In this document: positions 48,175-60,120 of the stretch, piece by piece
Position numbering within the stretch: position 1 is the stretch's first letter
Layout of the letters: each line of letters begins with the position of its first letter
Assembly (NCBI GenBank): GCA_008632985.1
Contig: QPGO01000012.1
Coordinates: 434,001 to 498,000, forward strand
DNA from: Psammoneis japonica
Taxonomy: Eukaryota
DNA length: 64,000 bases
Reading direction: 5' to 3'
The notes under the pieces: model-generated
Seen by the model: only the letters and a program-made list of their open reading frames with translations
What the model was told of the DNA's origin: nothing
Database searches by the model: none
Translations under genes and position numbers: made by a program

Positions 48175-51100
48175 GTAGCATGGGCTTTTTGATTGCTAAG
48201 CTTCTTTGTATTTTAACTGATGTTGAGTGGCATGGCAATAGAAATCGAAAGCTGGTTAAACCTGAGAATGTGCCAATAAGTAGCATGTTGATGACTGCTT
48301 GGAATTGTTCGGGTTTTAGAAACATTTGATCTTGACAAAATTTGTCACCCAAACAAAGCCCTGCTTGTGGCGTGAACCCAAATCATGTGAGAAAAGCGGT
48401 TGGGCTGGGATGCTGAAGTGCCGCCCTGTGCCCACACCATCCGCACAAGAAACTACCATTGTGCTGCTGCCCTGTGCCAACAGGGATGAAATCATTGCCA
48501 TGTGTGTTTGAACCTTCACCCAGACACGCAGAGTTTGAACAAAAGACCCTGATTTTTGTTTTCTTCAATTTGCCTTCAATGGCTTTCTGATGTGCATCAA
48601 CTTGCGCTCAACTGTTTTGAGCTGGCTGGTTGCACACCTGGCCACCCTCAGCTGCTGTTGTGCTCATCAAAGAGAGCCAGCTGCTGGCTGGGAAGCTCAA
48701 GACATGAACCCAAATCATGCAAGAGAAGGGCTGCAGCAGCTTCAACGGCAGTTGGGCCATGCACCATTGCACACCCTGTGCCCACACGAACTGTAAAAAA
48801 ACAAAAGTGTCCACACTCACTTTTTCTTCACATGTGAAATGTGTGCCTCTGAGGATTTGCTGCATGCTGCTCCTGGTGCCAACTGCCAACTGGGATGAAA
48901 ACATTGCAATTGTGTGTGTTTGAACCTTTTCAACATGCAGTGTTGAGTTTGATGTGTGCGGAAAATGACATTTACCCTGATTGTTGGTGTGTGCACAATT
49001 TTCAATTTGTGTTTCCCTTGCAGCTTTCTCTGTTGTGCTCAAACTTGTTTCCTTCTCTTTTGAGCCAGCCAGTCATGCCCAGCTGCTCTCTGCTGCTGTT
49101 GCTGCACTTTTGTTGATGGAGAGGGCCTCAGGCCACACATGTGAGATGGTGTTAAATGAAGGTTCTGCCACATTTTGTCATATGCATGTGTGAAAGTCAA
49201 TGGGCACACAGACAATTTTCAAATTGGCTCTCACTCCTGCCATGCAAAAAGCCTTTTTTCCGGAAATTTGGCACTTTGCGCAGCAGTGAACTCATGTCTC
49301 ACGGATGCTCTCAATGACAAACCTGCAAAAGCTGCCTTTGCAAATGCCTTGGAAGCAAACACCAGTCTGTCAAAAACAGCTGCACTCATCATCAGGCAGC
49401 TGCCATCTGCGCCCATGCCTGCAGCGCCACCTGGTTTGAACATGAGATGACAGTCAGCTTGGGGAGCATGTCACTCTGTCTTGGCTGGGGTCACACAAAA
49501 GAGCCCCTCACATCAGCTTGGCTTGCATTGAAGTTGAAAGAGTGTTTGACCCCCCTCCCCTCCCCCAGGGCATTGTCAACAGCACATCCCATGAGGCAAC
49601 ATGCCTCTTTGTGGCATTTTCTCATCTTTGCAAAAAAGCAGATCTCTGCTCCTGGGCACATGCCTTCAACAGCACTGCTGCTGCCACATTTTTTTTATGG
49701 GTCAGGCATGACGTTGCATGCCAATGTCTGCAAGCCACCACATGACACCACTGCCACCACCTCTGCACCACAGCCAACATGCTGCCACTGCCAGCAGCAA
49801 ATGGTGCACCACCACCACAGTGCAATGTTGCAATCTGATCACTGTTCAATCCTCTGCACATTGGCAACTTTTAGATGCCAGCACCTCCTCAACATGAAGG
49901 TGCTGGCACAGCTGGGCACACACACCAGCTGGCAGCTGCCCCCCACCAATTGCTCCTTGGCTTGTCCGCTGCCACCAAACAGCAGCAAGAAGAACCACAC
50001 AAAAGATTGACCCTTGTCAAATCCCTTGATCTCCTTTGTTCACATGCCTGGATTGCCTGTTCCCATTTGCAATCCAAAGTTGATGCTTTGGGAGGAACAA
50101 GCTGTGCACACTGCCTCCACCACCTGCTGATTCTTGGGAATGGTGACCAGACTTTCACATCATCATGACAAAATGTCTTGGAGAATCTGATGTTGAAGGA
50201 AGCCATTTTTGACAAACTTCTTTGTGAGATTTCTGCATTGCACAAAATTCTGAACATTAAAAAAGCAAGCAAGCCATCACATGAACTCATGACAAGATTG
50301 CATCTCTCTGTTGAAATGACAAGAATCATCTCCACAGCATTAGATTTTGCACAATTCGCCATTGCAGCAGCACATCAATGTCAAAACGCAAGCATTGATG
50401 CCAGTTTGTCTGCATTGAAATGACAAGAATTTGGGTTTCAAGCAGAGCTTGCAGCACAAATGCACACATGCCAGTGTCATCAGACAGCATGTGTGCTGCT
50501 TGATTGTTGCTTGGGCTGACTCTTTGGTTGCATGATGCTGGACACTGGCAATGAGCCAAATCATCAAATCCTCACACAAAATCTTGCCAGAAACAGCAGC
50601 AGAAACAACTGGCAGAGCCCAGTTTCTTGCAATGAAGTTTGTTCACTGTGTTGGAATCTTCCTTCTTGCTTGCACTCTTTGTAAAAAATGAAACCTCATT
50701 GGGTTGCTCATTCCATCTTCTTTCCAACACAACACTCAGCCAATGCTTTTTGTCTTCAGACTGCAGCCCTTGGCTTTGGTGAAGCAACTGAAGAAGATGG
50801 TGAGGTTTCAAAGCTGCTCATGTGTGGTGCAAAACATTCTGCAGTGGAGACATCTCATTGTTGAGGGACAATCTCACACATCAATGTGTGTCATTTTTTG
50901 GCATGAACAGATGGGAAAACAGCGCCAGTTGTGCCAATGGTGTGTGCAGCACCTGAGCAGCTGGAGCCATTGAAGCACTCCATCTCCAACTGGGTGCTCT
51001 CATCCACATTCCACCAGCAGCTCAATCTGCTCCAGGAACAAGCAGTGTTCAAGCAACAGCTGCAGATGGTCAGTTGCATTTGGGACATGCAGCATGTTGT

Positions 51101-52214
51101 GCATTGCTCTCACTTGCTTCTGGCTGTGTGACCCTGCCTGCCAAGCAATGTTGTTGTGCACCAGTGCCAGTGTGAGCATCTTTGGGTGGACAGTGCTCCT
51201 CCTGTCAAAAACCTTTTCCATTTTGTTGCCGCATTGTCAAGGGTGGATACAAAAAATTCAGTTGCCTTTGTCATCTTTGACATCTCCACCCAGAAGCATC
51301 ACTCACACCATGCAGATGCAGCTGACAGAGCCAGCTTTCACACTGTGTGATGAAGTTCATTTGTTGTGCCAGAAACTTTCTGCTTGCCACCTTTCTTGCA
51401 TTGAGTGGAACAGCCAATGGAGACCCCATGCCAACATCCATCACAATGCTCAGGAAGGTTGGGTGCAGGGGAGCATCCCCATGCTGCAAACACTTGGTGT
51501 GACAAGTGTGCAGCAACAGCCGTGCTCCAGCTTTGGTGCTGTCATGGTCAACAACTCTGGCTTTGAGGTCAGGTGGAGTCCTGAGGGTCATCTTGAGGGT
51601 CTCTTCAGCGTGCATTTTTGCTTTCTTCTTGGCTGCCTCTTGCTTCACTTTGCACACAATTTCATTGTGGGCTGCTGAAGCAAATGCAGTGCAGCCACCA
51701 AGTGAGCCAGTCACTCAGGATGAGCATGCAAGAGCGCTTGTTTCTTCACAGCTTTGCTCCACAGACTCCACTGGGTGGGAATGAGGTGCACATCTTCCCA
51801 AGTCTTTTCACAGTGCATGTCCAAGAGTGGCCTGGAAACGAGGGGGGGGTGCAAAAGATAAACCAGCAAGCAAAGGAATCAGGTCACACCATTCAGCGAC
51901 ATGACATGTGATGTCAGCACTCCTCACAAATGCCCTCCTCTCCTTTTTGTTTTTGATTCACATCTCGCCCATCAAGTGGCAGGATCCATGACACAACATT
52001 TATCTTCTCATGCATGTTTCACGCCGCAACTGCTTTCATGTGGGGTGCACAAGGCCCAATGTGCTTTAAATCTAAAACATTGAGTCAGCGGCCACCTTTG
52101 CATGTCAGAGCCCGGAGGTCTTTGCAAACCGTGAAATGCAAACCTCATGCATTGTGCAAGTGCTGTTTTTGTCACATCACATCTGGTTGTTCCACGAAAT
52201 CAACCTTGTGCTCT

Positions 52215-52481
52215 TCTTCAAAAGAAATCGTCATCAGCGAATCCCGCCATTGGGAATGAGCAAGCGAACTCTGATGCCTCCTTTCGAATCACTGCATGAG
52301 AGCCAGGTCAACAGAAGGGCTGCCACCGGTGCACATTTCCTTGATTTTTTCCTTGTTTGGCATTCTTTAGCTTGACAGCAATTGCGATCACCCTGTCAAA
52401 GAACTCAGCAACCTTGGCAAATTCATCTTCATTGAAACCTCGTGAAGCAAGAGCTGGTGTTCCCATGCAAATGCCGCCAGG
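52215..52481 (-). pseudogene. SHMT: C-terminal fragment of serine hydroxymethyltransferase
   Basis: Manual translation gives [39 protein letters not shown]...KEASEFACSFPMAGF, against the family motif PGGIRMGTPALTSRG. It has frameshifts and stops. Confidence 0.85.
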
Positions 52482-52917
52482 GTGAGTGTTGAGGTGTTGC
52501 CTTGAATGGTGTCATTGTTGCATGCAATGCAAGCAGGCTTGAGAACGCACATTCAAACAAACACCGTCGATTCTAAAGGATGCCTTGATGCCTGCAACAC
52601 AACAGGGTGGTTGTCCGTGCCACCACCGACAAGTGAGAAGCCCTTGCTGGCAAGTTTGTCTGCCAAGTGGGAGCAGTTCTTGAGATGTGCTCGAGCATGT
52701 CAACACTTCCAATGGCACCCAGGATGGGGCCTGCGAAATGGTTGTCACTGAGATCAGGAAATCAAAGAGCTGCCCATGGCTGAATTTTTTTGGCGAACAC
52801 GTGCGCATTTGGTGCGGTGCATCCTCGTTTTTTTCAAAAAATTACGAGCTCGCAAAAAGACAGACACCTCTGCTTGCCGATCCATCCTTAAAAGTCGTGT
52901 GAATGCAAAGGGCGAGT

Positions 52918-54340
52918 GCAAGTGAAAAACTGGTCTGTCCTTTGCCTTTTGGCATCTGTGTAAAAGTTGATTTTGTTTCCAAAATCAATTGGTTTTTCAC
53001 TGTGCAGTGCTTCTTACGACGTCTGACATTGTCAATTGACATGCTCCCATGCCTGCATTTGCCAGGTTTGCAGTTCTGAATGCCATTGCTGCTGTTGCAA
53101 GAAGGGCCTTTTTTTGCTCCAAGAGGACAGACCGGTCATCTGCAGAATTCTTCGTGGCAATGCACCGAGAAATTTGCACAGTTTTTTTGGCATCCAACGT
53201 CAAACACTTCGCCATTGTCTCTCACAGCGGCATCATGGCAAGTCCACAACACACACTCTTGTCGAGCAATGTGGGCCCACAAGCTCTCATTCATTGTTGT
53301 TTTGCCTTGTTGCTGGCATTTTGCATGCAGTCATGTGTCACAAATTAGAAATGCACAATGCAAATGACATGCATCAATGAGGACAGTCAATGATGGAAAA
53401 TCTGTGCAAATTCTCAAACCACAGATGTCTTTTAGAAAATGGCCATGCGCCATCTTTGGCCCTCAATTGTGCTGTGATGCAGCACTCTTTTGTCCCGCTG
53501 TTTTCACAAAGATCTTCATTGACCTTCTGACTGACACCAGCAGATGGGGTTTGCATGTGAAACAATGGGAAGCCACTCTTAGAGTGGTTTTGCACAGTTT
53601 GCTCTTCCAAGAGGACAGACCAGTTTTTTGCTTGTCAACAACTGCAAGTGAAAAACCGGTCTGTCCTTTGCCTTTTGGCATCTGTGTAAAAGTTGATTTT
53701 GTTTCAAAATTGATTGGTTTTTCATGCTTCTTGCGTCTTCCAACATTGTCAATTGACGTGCTCCCATGCCTGCATTTGCCAGGTTTGCGGTTCTGAATGC
53801 CATTGCCACCGTCGCAAGAAGGGCCTTTTTTTGCTCCAAGAGGACAGACCAGCAGTCTGCAGAATTCTGCATGGCAATGTGCCGAGAAATTTGCACAGTT
53901 TTTTTGCATCTGGCGTTGAATGCTTCACCATTGTCTCTCACAGTGGCATCATGGTGAGTCCACAACACATGCTCTTGTTGAGCAATGTGGGCCCACAAGC
54001 TCTCATTCATTGTTGTTTTGCCTTGTTTCTGGCATTTTGCATGCAGTCGTGTGTCACGAATTAGAAATGCACAATGCAAACAACATGCATCAACGAGGAT
54101 GGTCAATGACAGAAAATCTGTGTAAATTCTCAAACCACAGATGTCTTTTAGAAAATGGCCATGTGCCGTCTTTGGCCCTCATGATTGTGCTGTGATGCAG
54201 CACTCTTTCATCCCGCTGTTTTCACAAAGATCTTCATTGACCTTCTGACCAACACCAGCAGATGGGGTTTGCATGTGAAACAATGGGAAGCCACTCTTAG
54301 AGTGGTTTTACACAGTTTGCTCTTCCAAGAGGACAGACCG
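52918..54340 (+). repeat. Tandem duplication, ~726-bp unit, 2 copies
   Basis: GCAAGTGAAAAAC.GGTCTGTCCTTTGCC occurs at 52918 and 53644. Both copies end in GCTCTTCCAAGAGGACAGACC. Confidence 0.93.
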
Positions 54341-56506
54341 GTTGGAAGAGAACAGACCAGTTTTTTGCTGCTTGCATGTGCCTGCCCACTCTCTCTAGAG
54401 AGCAGAGAGAGCCAGCTTCCTCGAAACAGCTTCATCATTTTTCCATGCGTGCACTTCTGGGGCAAATCCGTCACCACGCATCATGGCTGCTTTCATCTTT
54501 TTCAGCTTGGACTCGGATGGCACAATCTGAAGGGACGTCTCTTGGAACTCTTTGTGCACACTGGGAGATGCAAGCCAGAGAGAAAGAGCCACTCAGACAA
54601 CACCCACCAAACACTCAAGAGCCATGTGTTTGCCGGCCATCTTCTTGCCGTGCTTTTTGATTTCGTCCAACATGAGGGCCACAATTTTCTCACGTTCGTC
54701 ATCATCCATTTTCGACCCACCTTGATCTTCTGTCTCAAGCTTGAGCAAGACTGAAACTGTCTTTTTCCGAAATGCTGCCTTGTTTTCCTTGCTGGCAGCA
54801 AAGGCTTTCTCCGAGACTGACTTCATTTGCTCGTTGCTGTCCTGTGCCTTGATCTTGTCGTTCAATTCTTTTGTCAATCTGGCTTCCAACGCTTGAATTT
54901 GATTTGGTGCTTCTTCTTTTCGATTTGCACGTTGCCGAGTCGTTTGTCTTTAGCCCCGGGGCTCAAGCAGCAGAGATTTGTTTTGGAGTTGCTCGCGGTT
55001 TGTTGCTTGTGGTTGCTTTCCTTTCGCTTGGTTTGCCTGGCTGCATTCTGCAGTGTGTGCTTGCAAGAACAGCACTCGTTTGCTTGCGGAGTCTGTTCCT
55101 CCGTAAGATGAATTCCACTGCAGTCGGGAGATCGCTGCTTGCTGCATCGATGAAGGTGCAATCCGCTCTCAAGCTTGATTGGGAAGCAGCATCTTTCATG
55201 CAATTCCAGCAAACGAATGAGTTGGTTGACCTTGCGTGAGTTCAGAAAGCTGGGTGCATTCTTGTCAGACGACTTCCACTGGACAGCAAGTTTGAAAGAC
55301 ATTTGATCAATTGACGGCAGCATCTCTTGCATGGAATGCTCTTCAACAAAGAGAAATGGGAACCTGTCCTTTCGGATGTTTTGGTCGCAACAGAAGCATT
55401 TGTCACACTGCTGAGTTGCACTCTTTGGAGATTCTGCACCTGTGCATTCAAGGCTGCACCACACTTTGTTCCTTCAATCGCAACCAAAGAACTCCATGCA
55501 GTTTCCGCAAATGTGAGCGGACGTCACGCATCGTTCGAGTCTTCTGTTTTGCATGCTGACACAGCATGAGCCATTGCCATCTTGCAGTGGTTTCCCACTC
55601 TCGCTTGGCGTGGGATTCGGCAGAGGCGGTTGGGGCTGGTTTTGCACCGGTCGGCACGAGTCAAGGGTCATCTCGTGGTCCAGATCTGGCACTCTTGATG
55701 TTGACGGCGGTGGTGTGATGCGAAACATGCCAGTGGCATTGCACTCTGATTGCATTTCTGACGCGTTCCAGCCCTGGGGGGGACTCCGTGTGACATTGGG
55801 CCCGCAGAATTCCACGTGCGAGCTCCGCAGTGTGAGAATTTAATTGACGGATGCATTTGTCTTCAACATCAAATAAACGGCCAAGTTTGTGGTGCAATTG
55901 TGCCACTCACCACTCGACGTTTTTGCAAAAGTGCCTGCCCTGCGCAATTCTCAAGACATTGTAGAATTGCGCTGCAACAAAAAATGTCAAAAGTTGTTGG
56001 ATGGATCGCTCAATGAGTGCACCGTAAAATGATGCAAAATGTTGCAAAAATCATGTAGAAATCTACGTGCGCGACATGCGACGCGATTCAAAAAACTGTC
56101 GATGTCACAGTTCAGCAGTGCGAGGTCCCACCCAGACCTGGAACGCATCTTCTTTGGGATTGTCGACAGGATTCGGAAGAGGCGGTTGGGAGTCAAGGGT
56201 CTCCTTGTGGTCAACATCGGCCACTGCGATCATGGCAACCAATCTTGATTTTGAAGGGGTGTCATTGGTTCCGGTGCTGGAAGCATTCCGTGTGAGGTGC
56301 CTTCCACATCAATCATCTCCGCATCAGGCGATGCTTGAAGCACTTGCGATGCTTGTGACGAGGAGGACAAGCTGTCAATGAAAGCTGTGACAACATCTTG
56401 TCTACAGCAAGGTGCTTGAACAAACAGTGTGTTGTTTTCGTCGATGACGTCGCGGCTGTCATTCACACTGAACGAGTCCGCTTCGTCACGAGAAAGCGGT
56501 TGTGTC

Positions 56507-56782
56507 TGACAGAAATTGAAGGCAAATGGCAAGAATTCAAACAATGACTCCTCACTGCTGCCTAAACAGCAGATGAGTCTCCACTCAGAGACCGTCACAG
56601 GAGCCGAAAGACGTGTAAGTTGGTGTGATCGGGCTGCTGTTGTTGTTCTTGTGAGCCTTGTGGCTCGAAAGCAAACTACATCGCGCACGAACGCGCGGAA
56701 CCAAAGCACACAAAACTGTGCACGGCAAACTAAACAGCACGCGACATTTCGCGCGCACCCAAATCCTGTTCAAATCCTGTCA
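56507..56782 (-). repeat. 3' LTR (276 bp)
   Basis: Homologous to 59859-60026 and to the reverse complement of 60121-60396. TG...CA ends. Confidence 0.9.
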
Positions 56783-56793
56783 CTCCCCAGTTT
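56783..56793 (-). other. Polypurine tract
   Basis: Minus-strand AAACTGGGGAG lies immediately before the TGACAGG start of the 3' LTR. Confidence 0.75.
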
Positions 56794-56976
56794 GCTTGAG
56801 GAGTCACAGAAACAGATTCGACTTTGGATTGACTAAAGAACTTTGGAGTCAAAGCACCAAAACATGAGGAGACAAGAAAGGATCAAGATCCTAGAGCAAT
56901 GTTGCATTCTCCAAGTGGGTCATCTTGAGATGAGCTGCGTCTCCCCAATTGCAGATGCCATTGTGCTTTTCAAAGC

Positions 56977-58905
56977 TCAAGGCACACTTGGGATCTTGTG
57001 GGATTCCACATCCGCACTTGCAATGGAAGGAGCAAAGCTTGGTCTGGTTGACAATGTTGAACGGCGGGGCAACATCGCAGGACAATGCAAACAAGTTGAC
57101 ATCGCCTTCACTTCCTGAGCGAAGGTCGTAAAGACTGATGGCGTCTGTTGGTTCTTGGAATGGTTGCCACACTGGGCTGCTGCTAGAAAAGCAGAGCAGT
57201 GCTTGTGCAGGGTGGCATGGCATTTGCACGACTCGGGGAACAGAGCAAGCATGAGTTCAAAGGCACAAGCGGTGGTCTTGTGTTCCACCAATCTGATTGC
57301 AAGCTCAGCTGCATCTCCTGAGAGACTGATCCAATTGGAGAAACGAGTCTCAAGGTGCAAGCCTTCAGGGATCAGATTGGAGCAAGACATCTTGTGGTGC
57401 AAGGCTGCAGATGTCTGATTGGGGCAATGAGTCCCGTGCTGCAAGACTTCTGGGATCCAAAAGGACTTGCCAGTCTTGTGACACGAGTCTTCAGGGATCC
57501 AATCAGGAGGCCAAGTCTTGAGGTGCGAGACTTGGGGGATCCAATCAGGAGGCCGAGTCTTGTGGCGCAAGACTTGAGGGATCCAATCCGGAGGCCGAGT
57601 CTTGAGGTACGAGACGTGGAGGATCCAATTGGGAGGCCCGGTCTCGAGGCACGAGACGTGGAGAGTCCAGTTGGGAGGCCTGGTCTCAAGGCACGAGACT
57701 TGGGGCATCCGATCAGGAGGCCCAGTCTCGATGTACGAGACTTGAGGCATCCGATCAGGAGGCCTGGTCTCGAGGTACGAGACTTGGGGGATCCAACCAG
57801 GAGGCCCAGTCTCGAGGCACGAGACTTGAGGCATCCAATCAGGAGGCCTGGTCTCGAGGCACGAGACTTGGGGCATCCAACCAGGAGGCCCAGTCTCGAG
57901 GCACGAGACTTGAGGCATCCAATCAGGAGGCCTGGTCTCGAGGTACGAGACTTGGGACATCCAACCAGGAGGCCCAGTCTCGAGGCACGAGACTTGAGGC
58001 ATCCAATCAGGAGGCCCAGTCTCGAGGTACGAGACTTGGGGCATCCAATCAGGAGGCCTCGTCTCGTTGTGCGATGCTTGGAGGATCCGAAGACAACAAA
58101 GCTGCTTGGATGTCCTGAACTCCCCATCTGCTGATGAACCGGTTGAACTGTTGTGAACAGATTCAATGACAGGAAAAGGAGGCTCCCTGTCAGGAGATGC
58201 GAGAAGCAAGTTGTCATCTCCATCACTTCCCAAACGAAGACTGTGAAGGGTGACAGCGGTCGACACGTGGAGGTTGGCAGCACATGGTTTGCGGGGTGCA
58301 AAGGCTGCAGCTTTGGAAGCCATGGGTGGAGTGTCCCAACTGGTCTCGAAGTGCGGGCCTGCGCAAGGGCTGCAATCCTGCACTGGGCCAAGGTTGCTTG
58401 TGGGCGGGTTGGTCAAGACATGCGGGGCGCAACTGACACCACTTCCAGGGGACACCTGAGTGGCGGCACAGTGCAAGGCTGGTGTCAAAATGGCACTGGG
58501 TTCACCTGGTTTGGATGGCAAGGGACTTGGCACAGGTGCGGAGGGTGCTGCGACAGTGGCTAGAGAGGTCAAGCAGTCCGGACCAAGGCGGCAGTTGCGA
58601 AATTCCTCGGGTGTGAGCAACTGGGGTTCATTGGTCACATCATCACCGTTGCAAACTTTGACAAAGCAGAAGCTGATCAAAGCTGCCAGGAGGTTTCTGT
58701 GGGTCCGTGGCAAAGGCACTGCATTGGCGCCGTCTCTGTGAGTGAGGGCGTCAATTTGGGTGGGTGAGAATGTGAACAATTCCTCACACGATTCAATCCC
58801 GTTGATGGACAGGGCAGAACGAAGAGGGCTGTCATCATCTTGATTGAGCACAGTGCCTAGAATGTATTTGAAGCTTTCAGTTTGTTGCTGTCGCGTGAGA
58901 ACCAT
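56977..58905 (-). CDS. Gag N-terminus fused in frame to a 14-aa repeat array (probably non-functional now)
   Basis: MVLTRQQQ...SPLR..L is homologous to the gag at 61332, followed by (ETRPPDWMPQVSYL)n. Confidence 0.55.
   Translation of the reverse strand: MVLTRQQQTESFKYILGTVLNQDDDSPLRSALSINGIESCEELFTFSPTQIDALTHRDGANAVPLPRTHRNLLAALISFCFVKVCNGDDVTNEPQLLTPEEFRNCRLGPDCLTSLATVAAPSAPVPSPLPSKPGEPSAILTPALHCAATQVSPGSGVSCAPHVLTNPPTSNLGPVQDCSPCAGPHFETSWDTPPMASKAAAFAPRKPCAANLHVSTAVTLHSLRLGSDGDDNLLLASPDREPPFPVIESVHNSSTGSSADGEFRTSKQLCCLRILQASHNETRPPDWMPQVSYLETGPPDWMPQVSCLETGPPGWMSQVSYLETRPPDWMPQVSCLETGPPGWMPQVSCLETRPPDWMPQVSCLETGPPGWIPQVSYLETRPPDRMPQVSYIETGPPDRMPQVSCLETRPPNWTLHVSCLETGPPNWILHVSYLKTRPPDWIPQVLRHKTRPPDWIPQVSHLKTWPPDWIPEDSCHKTGKSFWIPEVLQHGTHCPNQTSAALHHKMSCSNLIPEGLHLETRFSNWISLSGDAAELAIRLVEHKTTACAFELMLALFPESCKCHATLHKHCSAFLAAAQCGNHSKNQQTPSVFTTFAQEVKAMSTCLHCPAMLPRRSTLSTRPSFAPSIASADVESHKIPSVP
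57430..58065 (-). repeat. 42-bp tandem array, about 15 units, degenerating toward lower coordinates
   Basis: Unit ~CGAGG(T/C)ACGAGACTTG(A/G)GGCATCCAATCAGGAGGCC(CA/TG)GTCT. Confidence 0.95.
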
Positions 58906-59858
58906 GACGGAGGACGGTGCAGCAGAAACAAAAGACAGGAACCAATCTAGAGCGCGATCTTGACTCGGAGTTTTGACTTGGAACTTGGCTTGAAAAAGAC
59001 TTGACTTGAGCTAGACTTGACTTGAAATCTTGGACTGTCTTAAAATCAGAAGTCGCCGGGTTGTGCTATCCCGTTCGTAGCCATGTGCTGAACTTCCTGT
59101 CCGGTCTGCAGAGTTGTGCCGGCACGTCCGAACCCGCAGCTGGCGATGCTTTGGGTTGCTTGCGAGCGGAGTAGCGGGTTGTAAACCCCTGCAGGTGAGC
59201 TGACCAGAGGTGGACAAGACCCCCGAACCGTTCTCATTTTATGTCGGTTGGATTTCCCGATCAGGCTGGCCAGTTGATGTGGGCGTTGGGCGCTGTGGAC
59301 GAACTGACAAACGCCGGAAAACACCCTCGCCCCAACGCAGGCTGCAATCACGGCTGCTTGCTCTCACAGTCGTCCTCGTGGACCCAGTGGGACTGTGGAG
59401 CACCAGCAGTCCGGGGTAGATCAGGTGCAATGGACTCGGTGTGCTTGTAGAGTGGTGGCAAAGCCGCAGTCCAAAGAGTGGGTTCAAGTTCTCGGCCGTG
59501 AAGATGTGCACATGTGTGTGTCTTCAGCGACCAAGATCCTCAAACATGCAGGGTTCTTGACCGTTGGCTGTTGAATGGGTGTGTCAAGGGATGAGGATCA
59601 AGGATGGACTTGGACACAACCGTTGAATGCATGTCTTCAGCGACAAAAGGTGGCACAATGAATCAAGACATCCAGCGACAAGGAGACTTGACGGCGACAT
59701 TAAATTCCTGCCGATGCCTGGCATTGAATGCATGCAGACTTGCCGATGTACGTAGAACACACACGGAGGTCCGCGCAGAATTGAAATGGCGTCGTCGGCA
59801 AATCAACGACGACGATGGCGGTTGCTCAATGGGTTGACAATGAGCAAGACTGTCAATC

Positions 59859-60026
59859 TGACAGAAATTGAAGGCAAATGGCAAGAATTCAAACAACAAC
59901 TCCTTGCTGCTGTCTAAATGGCAGATGAGTCTCCGCTCAGAGACCGTTGCAGGAGCCGAAAGACGTGTGAGTCGGCACAATCGGGCTGCTTTTCGCGCGC
60001 ACCTAAATCCTGTTCAAATCCTGTCA
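59859..60026 (-). repeat. 5' LTR of the left element (about 108 bp deleted internally)
   Basis: Both termini are shared with the other two LTR copies; the middle segment is missing. Confidence 0.88.
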
Positions 60027-60120
60027 GCGTCCATTGTGGTCTCCTGGTGAGGGAGTTTCGGAAATTCCAAAACTCTCTTGGCCAATTGTGCGCAGCAATG
60101 CAACAAACTTTTGTTTGTGA

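Larger units (their letters stand above)
48320..56500. other. Degenerate TpA-depleted block (CpG also depleted in ~48.6-52 kb)
   Basis: Same composition as the other blocks. Starts about 150 bp after the uL15m stop codon and includes a diverged duplication (~48370-48520 vs ~48705-48930). Confidence 0.8.
56507..60026 (-). mobile_element. Complete non-autonomous copia-derived LTR element (3.5 kb) with 5-bp target-site duplication
   Basis: LTRs at 59859-60026 (internally deleted) and 56507-56782, both with TGACAG...CTGTCA termini. TSD is GTGTC (56502-56506) / GCGTC (60027-60031). A PPT precedes the 3' LTR. The gag N-terminus starts at 58905, and only a short pol remnant remains (~56890-57060). 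Confidence 0.9.

Noticed and set aside
57430..58065. CRISPR-like array
   Set aside because: The units are contiguous with no unique spacers, there are no cas genes, the context is eukaryotic and the array lies inside an LTR element.
57355..58391. Antisense and alternative-frame repeat proteins (57355..58134 +, 57372..58391 -)
   Set aside because: They are open only because the 42-bp unit is a multiple of three and lacks stops.
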